DNA from: an uncultured Candidatus Saccharibacteria bacterium
Lineage (GTDB): Bacteria > Patescibacteriota > Minisyncoccia > Phycocordibacterales > UBA918
Direction: 5' to 3'
Assembly: GCA_964508585.1 (NCBI GenBank)
Contig: CAZDUC010000001.1
Coordinates: 6,921-41,185, forward strand
DNA: 34,265 bases
Shown here: one piece after another, positions 8,948-17,244 of the stretch
How the letters are laid out: every line of letters begins with the position of its first letter
How positions within the stretch are numbered: position 1 is the first letter of the stretch
Translations under genes and position numbers: made by a program
The notes under the pieces: model-generated
Databases searched by the model: none
Told to the model about the DNA's origin: nothing
Seen by the model: only the letters and a program-made list of their open reading frames with translations

Positions 8948-9771
8948 TAATCACAAAAGCAGACGGAGGAAGTGAGGAATTTAAATCACAGAAACTTGCA
9001 GATTCGCTCAAGAAAGCAGGTGCACGGCCAGAGCAGATAGCGTACATTCTCCAAGAGGTTGAATTGTCACTCCAGGATGGCATGAAGACACAGATGATCT
9101 ACCAAAAGGCCTTTCAGCTTCTTCGGGAGAGTGATGATCCTATTGCAGCTAAATACTCACTGAGACGTGCGGTATTTAGTCTTGGTCCGACTGGTTTTCC
9201 ATTCGAAGACTTTTTGGGTAAAATATTTGAAGCAGAAGGGTACACCACGAAACGTCGACTCACCCTTCGGGGAAAATGCGCGATACACGAGATTGACCTC
9301 GCTGCGTATTCACCTGATCATACATTTATTGCGGAGGCAAAGTTTCATGCGCGTCCTGGTATTAAGTCTGACTTGCAGGTTGCCATGTACTCATACGCTC
9401 GTTACCTTGACCTCGCATCGGTACGGGTGAGTAAACAGGACCCTCGTGGGGTGATATCACTCTCTATTATCACAAACACCAAATTCACGGAAGCTGCAGT
9501 CAAGTACGCACAGTGTAGCGGTATAAAACTACTGAGTTGGGATTACCCAAAACATGATTCGCTCCATGACAAAATAGAGCGCCTGGGCACGTACCCCATC
9601 ACGGTACTTACTCATATAAGTAGTGGACAAAAACAATATCTCCTGCAACATGGAATTATTCTCTGTTCAGACATTACAAAAAATCCAAACATATTGCATG
9701 AACTTGGTTTGCCAAAATCAAGATTCAATGCTGTACTCAACGAAGCATCAGCACTTTGTGGCTCAAAATAG
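8944..9771 (+). CDS. ATP-cone domain fused to Mrr-like (PD-(D/E)XK) restriction-endonuclease-fold domain
   Basis: The N-terminus (MIITKADGGSEEFKSQKLADSL...AAKYSLRRAV) fits an ATP-cone. The central part (FEDFLGKIFEAEGY...HEIDLAAY...FIAEAKF) supplies a D...E-x-K nuclease core. The start overlaps the mnmA stop (ATGA). Confidence 0.75.
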   Translation: MIITKADGGSEEFKSQKLADSLKKAGARPEQIAYILQEVELSLQDGMKTQMIYQKAFQLLRESDDPIAAKYSLRRAVFSLGPTGFPFEDFLGKIFEAEGYTTKRRLTLRGKCAIHEIDLAAYSPDHTFIAEAKFHARPGIKSDLQVAMYSYARYLDLASVRVSKQDPRGVISLSIITNTKFTEAAVKYAQCSGIKLLSWDYPKHDSLHDKIERLGTYPITVLTHISSGQKQYLLQHGIILCSDITKNPNILHELGLPKSRFNAVLNEASALCGSK

Positions 9772-9837
9772 ATTTTTTTGACAACATACAAAAGCATATT
9801 GTAGAGTGATTTGGCTCACTTCCTCAGTATGTTTACA

Positions 9838-9846
9838 TGGTATAAT
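9838..9846 (+). promoter_or_regulatory. Extended -10 promoter element (TGgTATAAT)
   Basis: Perfect TATAAT at 9841-9846 preceded by TGG, located 44 nt upstream of the 9891 start in an otherwise non-coding gap. Confidence 0.4.
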
Positions 9847-9890
9847 CTTGAATCATTACAAGGTGTCATTAGTTACACGAAAGAAAAATT

Positions 9891-10457
9891 ATGTCAGAAG
9901 TAGAAAAACAGGAGAGTCAGAAGACCGTTGTTGCGTTTATCACTGGGTTACTCATTGGAGGGTTGCTCGTGTGGGTATTCTCATCAGCACCAGCAGATAA
10001 GAATAAGACGAACGAGGAGAAAACTGATACAGATACAGAACAGGTTGATACCAAGGATGAAAAGAGTGATGAAAAGACTGACGGGAAGACAGATGGGGAG
10101 AAAGAAGCTACTGGAGAGACCGTATCTGATGCAAGCAAGATTATTGGAAAAGGAACAATCACCGTTTCTGATCAAGCTTCAGGTGAGGTGGTTACCCTTG
10201 GAAAGCTTGAATTTCCAACAAAGATTGGATGGGTAGTCGTTCGAGATCTCAAAGATGGAAAGGGTGTTGGCGTACTTGGTGCAGCACTCTACAACACTGA
10301 AATTGGTTTAATTCCTACAACAGTTCCACTCATGCGCGCTACCGTAAAGGATAGCTCATACCAGGTGGTATTCTTCACCAACAATGGTGATAGTGGATTT
10401 TCAATCGTTGATGACAAGCCACTTGATGAAGCAGTTGCAACATTCAAGGCAAACTAA
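9891..10457 (+). CDS. Bitopic hypothetical protein with acidic/lysine low-complexity linker and beta-rich C-terminal domain
   Basis: TM segment VVAFITGLLIGGLLVWVF, then a K/D/E/T-rich tract (EKTDTDTEQVDTKDEKSDEKTDGKTDGEKE), then a globular domain. A terminator follows. Confidence 0.7.
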   Translation: MSEVEKQESQKTVVAFITGLLIGGLLVWVFSSAPADKNKTNEEKTDTDTEQVDTKDEKSDEKTDGKTDGEKEATGETVSDASKIIGKGTITVSDQASGEVVTLGKLEFPTKIGWVVVRDLKDGKGVGVLGAALYNTEIGLIPTTVPLMRATVKDSSYQVVFFTNNGDSGFSIVDDKPLDEAVATFKAN

Positions 10458-10474
10458 CAACAACTTTAGGTTCA

Positions 10475-10514
10475 AACACACAGAAAGCCCCTGATAAGGG
10501 GCTTTCTGTGTGTT
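10475..10514 (+). terminator. Intrinsic terminator-like hairpin
   Basis: AACACACAGAAAGCCCC-tgataa-GGGGCTTTCTGTGTGTT long perfect stem, followed by a short T-containing tail. Confidence 0.7.
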
Positions 10515-10547
10515 TCTCGGAGAGGAGAATGCTATACTATCGAGGAT

Positions 10548-11336
10548 ATGGCTACATACAGTAAAAAGTACAATCCCAATCGAAGTAGTGATTGGAATTA
10601 CGGGGGTGCAAAATGGCGACTTTCGCGTTCAAAAATTGATTTATTTGTAGAGTGTCCGAGATGTTTTTACCTTGACAACAAGCTTGGTACCGCACGACCG
10701 CGTGGGCCTGCATTCACACTTAACGTCGCTGTCGATACGCTCTTTAAAAAAGAGTTTGATGCATACCGGGTAGCCAAAACAGCTCACCCACTCATGGAGG
10801 AATATCACCTCGATGCAGTGCCGTTTGCACATGTCAACATGGATACGTGGCGTGAGAACTTTGAGGGAATTGAGTACCACGATCCTGGTACTGGCTTCAC
10901 CATTTCGGGAGCGATTGATGATATTTGGCTTTTGAGGAGCGGAGAACTCATTGTCGTGGATTACAAAGCAACTGCAAAAGAAGGCACGATTGAAACCCTT
11001 GCTGATTCAGCGTGGGAGGAGCAGTATAGACGGCAAATTGGCGTATACCAGTGGCTTCTTCGCAAAAATGGTTTTTCGGTTTCTGAGACAGGCTACTTTG
11101 TGTATGCAAACGGACTCAGTGATGCCGAGGCTTTTCATGACACACTCAATTTTAAGACGACGCTTGTCCCATGTGTTGGCGATACGACGTGGATTGAGCC
11201 AACCCTCGTGCGTATACAGGAGTGCCTCGCGTCAGATATGTTTCCAAAACCAGGAGATGCGTGCGAATTTTGCCCGTACCGAGAAGCATGTGGGAAAAAA
11301 CTGCAAACCATACACACAAACGCAAAGAAGGAGTGA
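10548..11336 (+). CDS. Cas4/RecB-like PD-(D/E)XK nuclease with 4-Cys (Fe-S) signature
   Basis: N-terminal CPRCFY plus C-terminal CEFCPYREAC (the Cx..C ... CxxCxxxxxC arrangement of Cas4/AddB clusters). Core IDDIW...LIVVDYKAT (D...D/E-x-K) and the QIGVYQWLL (QxxxY) motif. Confidence 0.75.
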   Translation: MATYSKKYNPNRSSDWNYGGAKWRLSRSKIDLFVECPRCFYLDNKLGTARPRGPAFTLNVAVDTLFKKEFDAYRVAKTAHPLMEEYHLDAVPFAHVNMDTWRENFEGIEYHDPGTGFTISGAIDDIWLLRSGELIVVDYKATAKEGTIETLADSAWEEQYRRQIGVYQWLLRKNGFSVSETGYFVYANGLSDAEAFHDTLNFKTTLVPCVGDTTWIEPTLVRIQECLASDMFPKPGDACEFCPYREACGKKLQTIHTNAKKE

Positions 11337-11456
11337 TAAAGTAGAGAAGAAAGAGTAATGGCGAACCACACAACTCATTGTCACAGAGACCACCTGTGCA
11401 AATGATGGCATTCGTGGGTATAATGGAGAAGGAAAGTCTAGTCTTCTTCTTGTGCA

Positions 11457-11813
11457 ATGAAGACTCAATGGAATAAAGATTATTACAGACTAAAGAAAAT
11501 TAATTACATTATATTTATGAGCAGTAAATACGATTCAAAGATTAAAGATCTGGATACTGAGGTGAGAAAGTTGACACAAAAAAATGTTGATCTGAAGAAA
11601 TACGTTGACAAATATGAAGCAGATGAAGGTAGAGCAATGATCGAACAGAAAAAGATTGAAGCTACTCTTGCGGATATCAGAAAAAAGACAGCGGATACTG
11701 AAAGAGAAATTGAGCGCAATACAACCGAACTCGCTAAAATACAGAAAGAACTTGCAGATCAATCAGACCTCAGAAGTAAAGAGGCATTGGCAGAACAACA
11801 AAAAAAGAAATAG
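11457..11813 (+). CDS. Small coiled-coil protein
   Basis: Heptad-rich, highly charged sequence (KIKDLDTEVRKLTQKNVDLKKYVDKYE...ELAKIQKELADQ). The start is uncertain; an alternative Met lies at 11517. Confidence 0.5.
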   Translation: MKTQWNKDYYRLKKINYIIFMSSKYDSKIKDLDTEVRKLTQKNVDLKKYVDKYEADEGRAMIEQKKIEATLADIRKKTADTEREIERNTTELAKIQKELADQSDLRSKEALAEQQKKK

Positions 11814-11822
11814 TACTACCCT

Positions 11823-12419
11823 ATGGCATACTCGTACGCCATTGAGCAAGCCATTCGAGCTGCTTCAGTGTTACACAAGGATCAGGTAAGAAAGGGAAGT
11901 GTGCCGTATCCCTACGTCACACACCTTTTTGCTGTGGCGACGATTGTGTCGGATTATACGGATGACGAAGATACTATCGTCGCGGCACTTCTCCATGACA
12001 CACTTGAGGACACCGACTATACCGAAAAGGAACTCGAGGATGATTTTGGTGGGCAAGTAAAAGAGATTGTGACGGCGCTCACTGAGCCAAAGATTGAAGA
12101 TCGAGATCGGAAGAGCGTTGATGCACAGAAAAAACAGTACCTGAAGCAAATCAAATCTGCTTCAGAGCGAGCGCTCATTGTGGTTGCCGCGGACAAAATT
12201 CACAATATGCGCTCTATTGTGGAAGAGTACTACGATGATCACTCATCGTTCCTTTCTCACTTCGGTCCTCACATTGAAGATAGACTCCTTAATTACCAAG
12301 AAATCAGTAACACACTGAACCGAGGGCTCAAAAACAATATTCTTGCTGAATTCAATAGCGTCTTTACTGAGTATAAGAATTTTCTCCACGATGTCGAAAA
12401 GAAACGCACCGAATACTAA
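11823..12419 (+). CDS. Stand-alone HD-domain hydrolase of the RelA/SpoT type (putative small alarmone hydrolase)
   Basis: YPYVTHLFAVATIV...DEDTIVAALLHDTLEDTDYTEKELEDDFGGQVKEIVTALTE matches the (p)ppGpp-hydrolase HD signature (H...HD...ED). No synthetase domain is present. Confidence 0.8.
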   Translation: MAYSYAIEQAIRAASVLHKDQVRKGSVPYPYVTHLFAVATIVSDYTDDEDTIVAALLHDTLEDTDYTEKELEDDFGGQVKEIVTALTEPKIEDRDRKSVDAQKKQYLKQIKSASERALIVVAADKIHNMRSIVEEYYDDHSSFLSHFGPHIEDRLLNYQEISNTLNRGLKNNILAEFNSVFTEYKNFLHDVEKKRTEY

Positions 12420-13701
12420 AGCGACGGCCCCCCGTCTTCTCAAAAAAAAGACTGTCGGCACAATTACCGAATATGTACTCACAAGTAACAGCATGCGTGT
12501 GCTTTTTTCACCACGTGCGGGTACTGGAGTGATTACTTCAGATATTGTATACCGTATTGGTTCTCGGCACGAAGCGCATGGCGAGACTGGTATTGCACAC
12601 ATGCTTGAGCATATGCTTTTTAAGCAAACAACACATGACATCGCACAAAAGCATGGCCCTGCTTCAACCGAATTTGAAAAAGCATATGGAGTAAATCTTA
12701 ATGCAAACACATGGCGTGACCGTACGAGTTACTTTTTTTTATATCCAAAAGAACATTTTGGACAGGCAATCAGGATTGAAGCAGAACGCATGCGCGACGT
12801 TGTTATTACTGATGCATCACTTGCTCCCGAAAAAGCAAACGTGCTCAGCGAATATGACATGTATGCCGGTGACGAGTTTTTCACACTTGCTACTGAGATG
12901 TGTGACGTAGCATTTCGTAATCATCCCTACGGCCATGAGACCATAGGGTATCGCGAAGATATCGAGGACTACACTGCAGCAAAAATTTGTTCATACTATG
13001 AACGCTATTACACTCCAAGTAATGCAACACTCATTGTTGTGGGTGATTGTACAGAAGCTGTATTGAAGCGTGAGGTGCTTGCTCATTTTGGTTTACTTCC
13101 GAAAGGCGACGTTCCTGCTGAACACCTATTCCGTGAACCAAAACAAGAAGGGAAGCGTACCATCACCGTGTCACGCCCATCCACAAAAAATATTCTTGCT
13201 CTTGGGGTAAAACATGAAGCCTTTCCTCGTGTGGCATGGTTTGAAACAATGGTAGTCTTTGACATGCTTGCGGGTGGGGAAGGTAGTATTCTCAATAAAC
13301 ACTTTGTCGATTCGGGAGTCATATCGCATATTGACACTTCACTTGAGCAATCAAAAAATACAAACCTCGGTATTATTTTTTGTACACTTTCAAACAAAAT
13401 AACCCATGAAAAACTTGAACAAGAAATCCATAAGGTAATTATGGGCCTTACTTCAAAAGATATTGCTCCGTATCTCAAAAAAACCACTGCAAAACTACTT
13501 ATGAGTGAGGCCCTTTCCCGTGGAAGCAGTCTGTCCTTCACGCGAGAATTAGTGGAGTATGTAAGCGCGGATGCCTGGGAACAGTTTTTTGTATCGGAGG
13601 AAATACTTAAAAGTATTACGCCAAAAGCAGTACATGAACGACTCAAAACGCTCTTTTCTGAAACTCAAATGACTATTGGATACTTTATTGGTCAAAAATA
13701 A
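12391..13701 (+). CDS. M16 family zinc peptidase, catalytically competent subunit
   Basis: Inverted zincin motif HMLEHMLF (HxxEH). Start chosen at Met 12391 (MSKRNAPN), which overlaps the upstream HD gene by 29 nt. The 12343 start would extend the overlap. Confidence 0.85.
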   Translation: MSKRNAPNTKATAPRLLKKKTVGTITEYVLTSNSMRVLFSPRAGTGVITSDIVYRIGSRHEAHGETGIAHMLEHMLFKQTTHDIAQKHGPASTEFEKAYGVNLNANTWRDRTSYFFLYPKEHFGQAIRIEAERMRDVVITDASLAPEKANVLSEYDMYAGDEFFTLATEMCDVAFRNHPYGHETIGYREDIEDYTAAKICSYYERYYTPSNATLIVVGDCTEAVLKREVLAHFGLLPKGDVPAEHLFREPKQEGKRTITVSRPSTKNILALGVKHEAFPRVAWFETMVVFDMLAGGEGSILNKHFVDSGVISHIDTSLEQSKNTNLGIIFCTLSNKITHEKLEQEIHKVIMGLTSKDIAPYLKKTTAKLLMSEALSRGSSLSFTRELVEYVSADAWEQFFVSEEILKSITPKAVHERLKTLFSETQMTIGYFIGQK

Positions 13702-13704
13702 ACC

Positions 13705-14979
13705 ATGCAAACATACATTGATACACGCACTGTTGTGCGCGAAGAAGCAGAGTTTGTTGCAAGTCGTTTTTCTGTAGATATTCCCGAAGAGCACACATGT
13801 CACGAAGAAGCCGTGCGTATGGTTTTTACTGAGATAATGCGTGCAGGGTGTGGCACACTCTCGCGCGAAGCGTTTCAGGATGCGCTTCATACACTCGGTG
13901 CACAGATGGGTGTCTCTGATGCGGGAAGTCTTCTTACCTTCAATTTGGAAGCACGCACTGAGGTGATTAAAAAGGCACTCCCTCTCTACAAATCATTTAT
14001 TACCACTCCTGCATTTCACGCAAGAGAACTCATGCGTGTCAAGGAATATCTCAAAAACATCCTTGCGCTTGCACATGAGGATGCAAAAGGTCGTGCACAC
14101 GATGCATTTGTGAATACTGCTGTCGATATTCGTGATTGGCGCTTCTCATTTGAAATTGACGAATATATTACAGCTGTTGAAAATGTTACTCGTGCTGATT
14201 TGCTCAAAATACATAAAGCAGTTTTTGCACATCCGTGGAAACACACTGTGGGAGGTACGGAAACGACGTGCGCACTCGTTGTAAAGTCTATAGCATCATA
14301 TGCACCAAAGCAGATACATACAGAAGAATGTGTCACGACTGCAGTGCGCACTCTGGAAAGCACATCACTCACCCTCACTGATATTCCCGCAAAGCAAAAT
14401 ATAGAATTTAGCATTGGAGGCACACTCCCCATCACATTTGAGCACCCTGACACTCCCGCACTCACGCTCGGTATGAATGTACTCGGTATGTACGGAGGTT
14501 TTGCCGGCCGCCTCATGAGTACGGTGCGCGAAAAAGAGGGACTTACCTACACCACATATAGTCGCCTTGAGGATATCACTCGCTATGACGAGGGCTATTG
14601 GCGCATTATGACCTTCTTTAATCCAAAGGACACTATGCGGGGTATTGCATCAACACTCCGTGAAGTACGCTCGCTCGGACACAAAGGTATTACCGCCGAT
14701 GAACTTTCTCGTTTCAAGACCATCATGCGAACACGTCGTATTCTTGAACAGGATTCACTCCTCCAAACACTCGGGAGTGCACATGCACGCCACACTGCCA
14801 ACATTGATGACGCACTCTACGCAACGTATATTGCCCACATTGATGCATTGACGCTCACAGAGGTGAACGACGCACTCAAGCGACATCTCGTAGGTCAGCC
14901 TGTTGTTCTCTCAGCAGCTGGCCCCGTTTCTGCTCTCAAATCTGAAATAGCAAAAACCTTTGAAAACACTGTAATATAG
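13705..14979 (+). CDS. M16 family peptidase-like protein lacking HxxEH (non-catalytic partner)
   Basis: Same length class and C-terminal M16 features (REKEGLTYTTYS). The zinc-motif position reads VFTEIMRAG instead. Begins 3 nt after its partner. Confidence 0.8.
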   Translation: MQTYIDTRTVVREEAEFVASRFSVDIPEEHTCHEEAVRMVFTEIMRAGCGTLSREAFQDALHTLGAQMGVSDAGSLLTFNLEARTEVIKKALPLYKSFITTPAFHARELMRVKEYLKNILALAHEDAKGRAHDAFVNTAVDIRDWRFSFEIDEYITAVENVTRADLLKIHKAVFAHPWKHTVGGTETTCALVVKSIASYAPKQIHTEECVTTAVRTLESTSLTLTDIPAKQNIEFSIGGTLPITFEHPDTPALTLGMNVLGMYGGFAGRLMSTVREKEGLTYTTYSRLEDITRYDEGYWRIMTFFNPKDTMRGIASTLREVRSLGHKGITADELSRFKTIMRTRRILEQDSLLQTLGSAHARHTANIDDALYATYIAHIDALTLTEVNDALKRHLVGQPVVLSAAGPVSALKSEIAKTFENTVI

Positions 14980-15013
14980 AAAAAATTACATAAATCTTGT
15001 ATAGTGTGATTCT

Positions 15014-16954
15014 ATGTCTGGTAATGAAATAAGAGCAAAGTACCTCGCGTACATGGCAAAACACGGGCATGCGGTCATTCCGTCGTCTGCGATAGTGCCC
15101 GAAAATGACCCCACAACACTCTTTACTGGTAGTGGTATGCAACCCCTTGTGCCTTTTCTCATGGGGGAAACTCATCCAATGGGTACACGACTTGTGAACT
15201 CGCAGAAGTGTTTTCGAGCAGAAGATATTGATGAAGTGGGTGATAATCGACACACCACATTCTTTGAAATGCTCGGTAATTGGTCACTTGGAGATTATTT
15301 CAAAAATGAACAAATTCCCTGGATTTATGGCTTTCTCATTGATGAAGTACGTTTGAAGCCAGAAAACATCTACGTCACTGCTTTTGCTGGTGATGATGCA
15401 AACAATGTACCCCGTGATACCGTTGCAACTGAACTCTGGCAACGCCTTTTTGCTGAACAGGGAGTATCAAATGGAGTCGCCCACATGGGCTCAGAAAAAG
15501 AAGGTGGTGAACGTGGTATGTTGCCAGGTGAACGTATTTTCTACTACGATGCGTCAAAGAATTGGTGGAGTCGTGCGGGAAGACCAGAGAAAATGCCGGT
15601 TGGTGAGATTGGTGGTCCTGACACTGAGATGTTTTACGATTTTGGAACTCCGCACGACGAGAAATTTGGCCTATACTGCCATCCGAACTGTGATTGTGGA
15701 CGTTTTCTCGAGATTGGAAATAGTGTCTTCATTGAGTACATTAAAGCTGAAGACGGGACGTTTCAAAAACTTCCGAAACAAAATGTCGACTTTGGTGGAG
15801 GACTCGAGCGTATCGCCGCAGCTGCACACGGGAATCCAGATGTATTCACTATCGATCTCCTTCAGAATGTGATTGCAAAAATCGAAGAACTCTCAGGGAA
15901 AAAATATGCTTCGCACACGGTTCCGTTTCGCGTTATTACCGATCATATCCGAGGCGCGGTGTTCATGATTAGTGAAGCCATTTATCCAAGTAACGCAGAG
16001 CAGGGGTACTTCACACGCCGTCTTTTGCGTCGCGCGGTGCGCTACGCTGATATTGTTGGTATTCCTCATGGTGAGCTCAAACTACTCGCAAAGAGCGTTA
16101 TAGACACGTACAAAGCACACTACGAGAAGATTGCAGAACATGAGTCTGATATTATCGACACGATTCATGGTGAAGAGGTGCAATTTCGTAAAACACTAGA
16201 AAATGGTCTCAAAGAATTTAACAAAATCGCTCTCCGTGTAACGGTGCCGGTAAAAAAAGAAGATGGGAAGCTTGTGGTTGATACCTCAAAAAAGACAGCG
16301 CCTCAAAAATTTATCACTGGCGAAAATGCGTTTAATCTCTTCACAACATACGGATTTCCTATTGAGCTTACTGAAGAGATTGCAAAAGAACGTGGTATGA
16401 CCGTTGCGATGGGGGAGTATAGAAAACTTATGGATGAGCATCGAGAGCTTTCACGCGCTGGAGCAGGGCAGAAGTTTAAGGGAGGACTTGCTGACAGTTC
16501 AGAAAAGGTCATCATGTATCATACCGTCACTCACCTCTTACTCGCAGGCCTCCGCAAAGAGCTCGGTACGGGTGTGCATCAAGCCGGCTCAAACATTACC
16601 AATGAACGTTTGCGCTTTGACTTTACGTATGATGAACGGGTGCCTGAGACAGTGCTCAGAAATGTTGAAAAGTTTGTGAATACCGCAATACAGCACAATG
16701 CGGTGGTATCGGTGGCGACACTCAATAAATCTGAGGCTGAACAAGACACAACCATTGAAGGAAGCTTCTGGGATCGGTATCCTGACCAGGTGAAGGTGTA
16801 CACCATTTCAGGAGACGATGGGGTCGTGTATTCTCGCGAGCTTTGTGGTGGGCCACACGTTGAGACAACGAGTGCAATCGTTGGTGAGTTTAAGATTCAA
16901 AAAGAGGAGTCCTCATCTCGAGGAGTTCGTCGAATTAAAGCAGTGCTTGTATAA
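15014..16954 (+). CDS. alaS: Alanyl-tRNA synthetase, short form without C-Ala domain
   Basis: N-terminus IRAKYLAYMAKHGH...PTTLFTGSGMQ, FFEMLGNWS, editing-domain HTVTHLL and CGGPHV motifs. The protein ends about 30 aa after CGGPHV, at 646 aa. Confidence 0.93.
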   Translation: MSGNEIRAKYLAYMAKHGHAVIPSSAIVPENDPTTLFTGSGMQPLVPFLMGETHPMGTRLVNSQKCFRAEDIDEVGDNRHTTFFEMLGNWSLGDYFKNEQIPWIYGFLIDEVRLKPENIYVTAFAGDDANNVPRDTVATELWQRLFAEQGVSNGVAHMGSEKEGGERGMLPGERIFYYDASKNWWSRAGRPEKMPVGEIGGPDTEMFYDFGTPHDEKFGLYCHPNCDCGRFLEIGNSVFIEYIKAEDGTFQKLPKQNVDFGGGLERIAAAAHGNPDVFTIDLLQNVIAKIEELSGKKYASHTVPFRVITDHIRGAVFMISEAIYPSNAEQGYFTRRLLRRAVRYADIVGIPHGELKLLAKSVIDTYKAHYEKIAEHESDIIDTIHGEEVQFRKTLENGLKEFNKIALRVTVPVKKEDGKLVVDTSKKTAPQKFITGENAFNLFTTYGFPIELTEEIAKERGMTVAMGEYRKLMDEHRELSRAGAGQKFKGGLADSSEKVIMYHTVTHLLLAGLRKELGTGVHQAGSNITNERLRFDFTYDERVPETVLRNVEKFVNTAIQHNAVVSVATLNKSEAEQDTTIEGSFWDRYPDQVKVYTISGDDGVVYSRELCGGPHVETTSAIVGEFKIQKEESSSRGVRRIKAVLV

Positions 16955-17046
16955 CTTTTTTGTAGAGTATATTATTGACCTGCGCGATAAAGGCGTAGCG
17001 TCTGGATTGCCAATACGCGTTTGGCAAAACGCACGAATAAACCTAC

Positions 17047-17073
17047 AGAGGACTTTCCAGGGTCCTCTTTTTC
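17047..17073 (+). terminator. Intrinsic terminator after alaS
   Basis: AGAGGAC-tttccagg-GTCCTCT followed by TTTTTC. Confidence 0.65.
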
Positions 17074-17153
17074 ATTCTATTTTTGCAAAATACTCTTACG
17101 TATTAGATATGTAGATTACTAACGTTCCACTATCTTATTTCTTACATTTAATA

Positions 17154-17244
17154 TTCTCTATCTTCTATTCTCTATCTTCTATCTTCTATCTTCTATTCTC
17201 TATTCTCTATCCTCTATTCTCTATCTTCTATCTTCTATTCTTCA
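17154..17244. repeat. Tandem heptanucleotide array, 13 units (TTCTCTA / TCTTCTA variants)
   Basis: Hand count of units: TTCTCTA TCTTCTA TTCTCTA TCTTCTA x3 TTCTCTA x2 TCCTCTA TTCTCTA TCTTCTA x2 TTCTTCA. Flanked by an 11-bp direct repeat TGTAGATTACT at 17110-17120 and 17248-17258. Confidence 0.9.

Noticed and set aside
9806-10236. Alternative-frame ORFs (9806-10000, 9928-10236 plus strand; 9917-10162, 9984-10175 minus strand) over the low-complexity region of the 188-aa protein
   Set aside because: They arise from the repetitive GA-rich acidic linker coding region. The 9891-10457 frame alone has a TM anchor, a globular domain, a promoter and a terminator.
11358-11405. 15-codon His/Cys-rich mini-ORF (MANHTTHCHRDHLCK) between the Cas4-like gene and the coiled-coil gene
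   Set aside because: It is too short, has no ribosome-binding site, and there is no way to judge conservation from this window. It may well be a chance ORF.
17154-17244. Heptamer array as a CRISPR array or as coding sequence
   Set aside because: The units are contiguous 7-mers with no spacers, so it is not a CRISPR array. No start codon opens a plus-strand ORF, and the minus strand has TAG in every unit.
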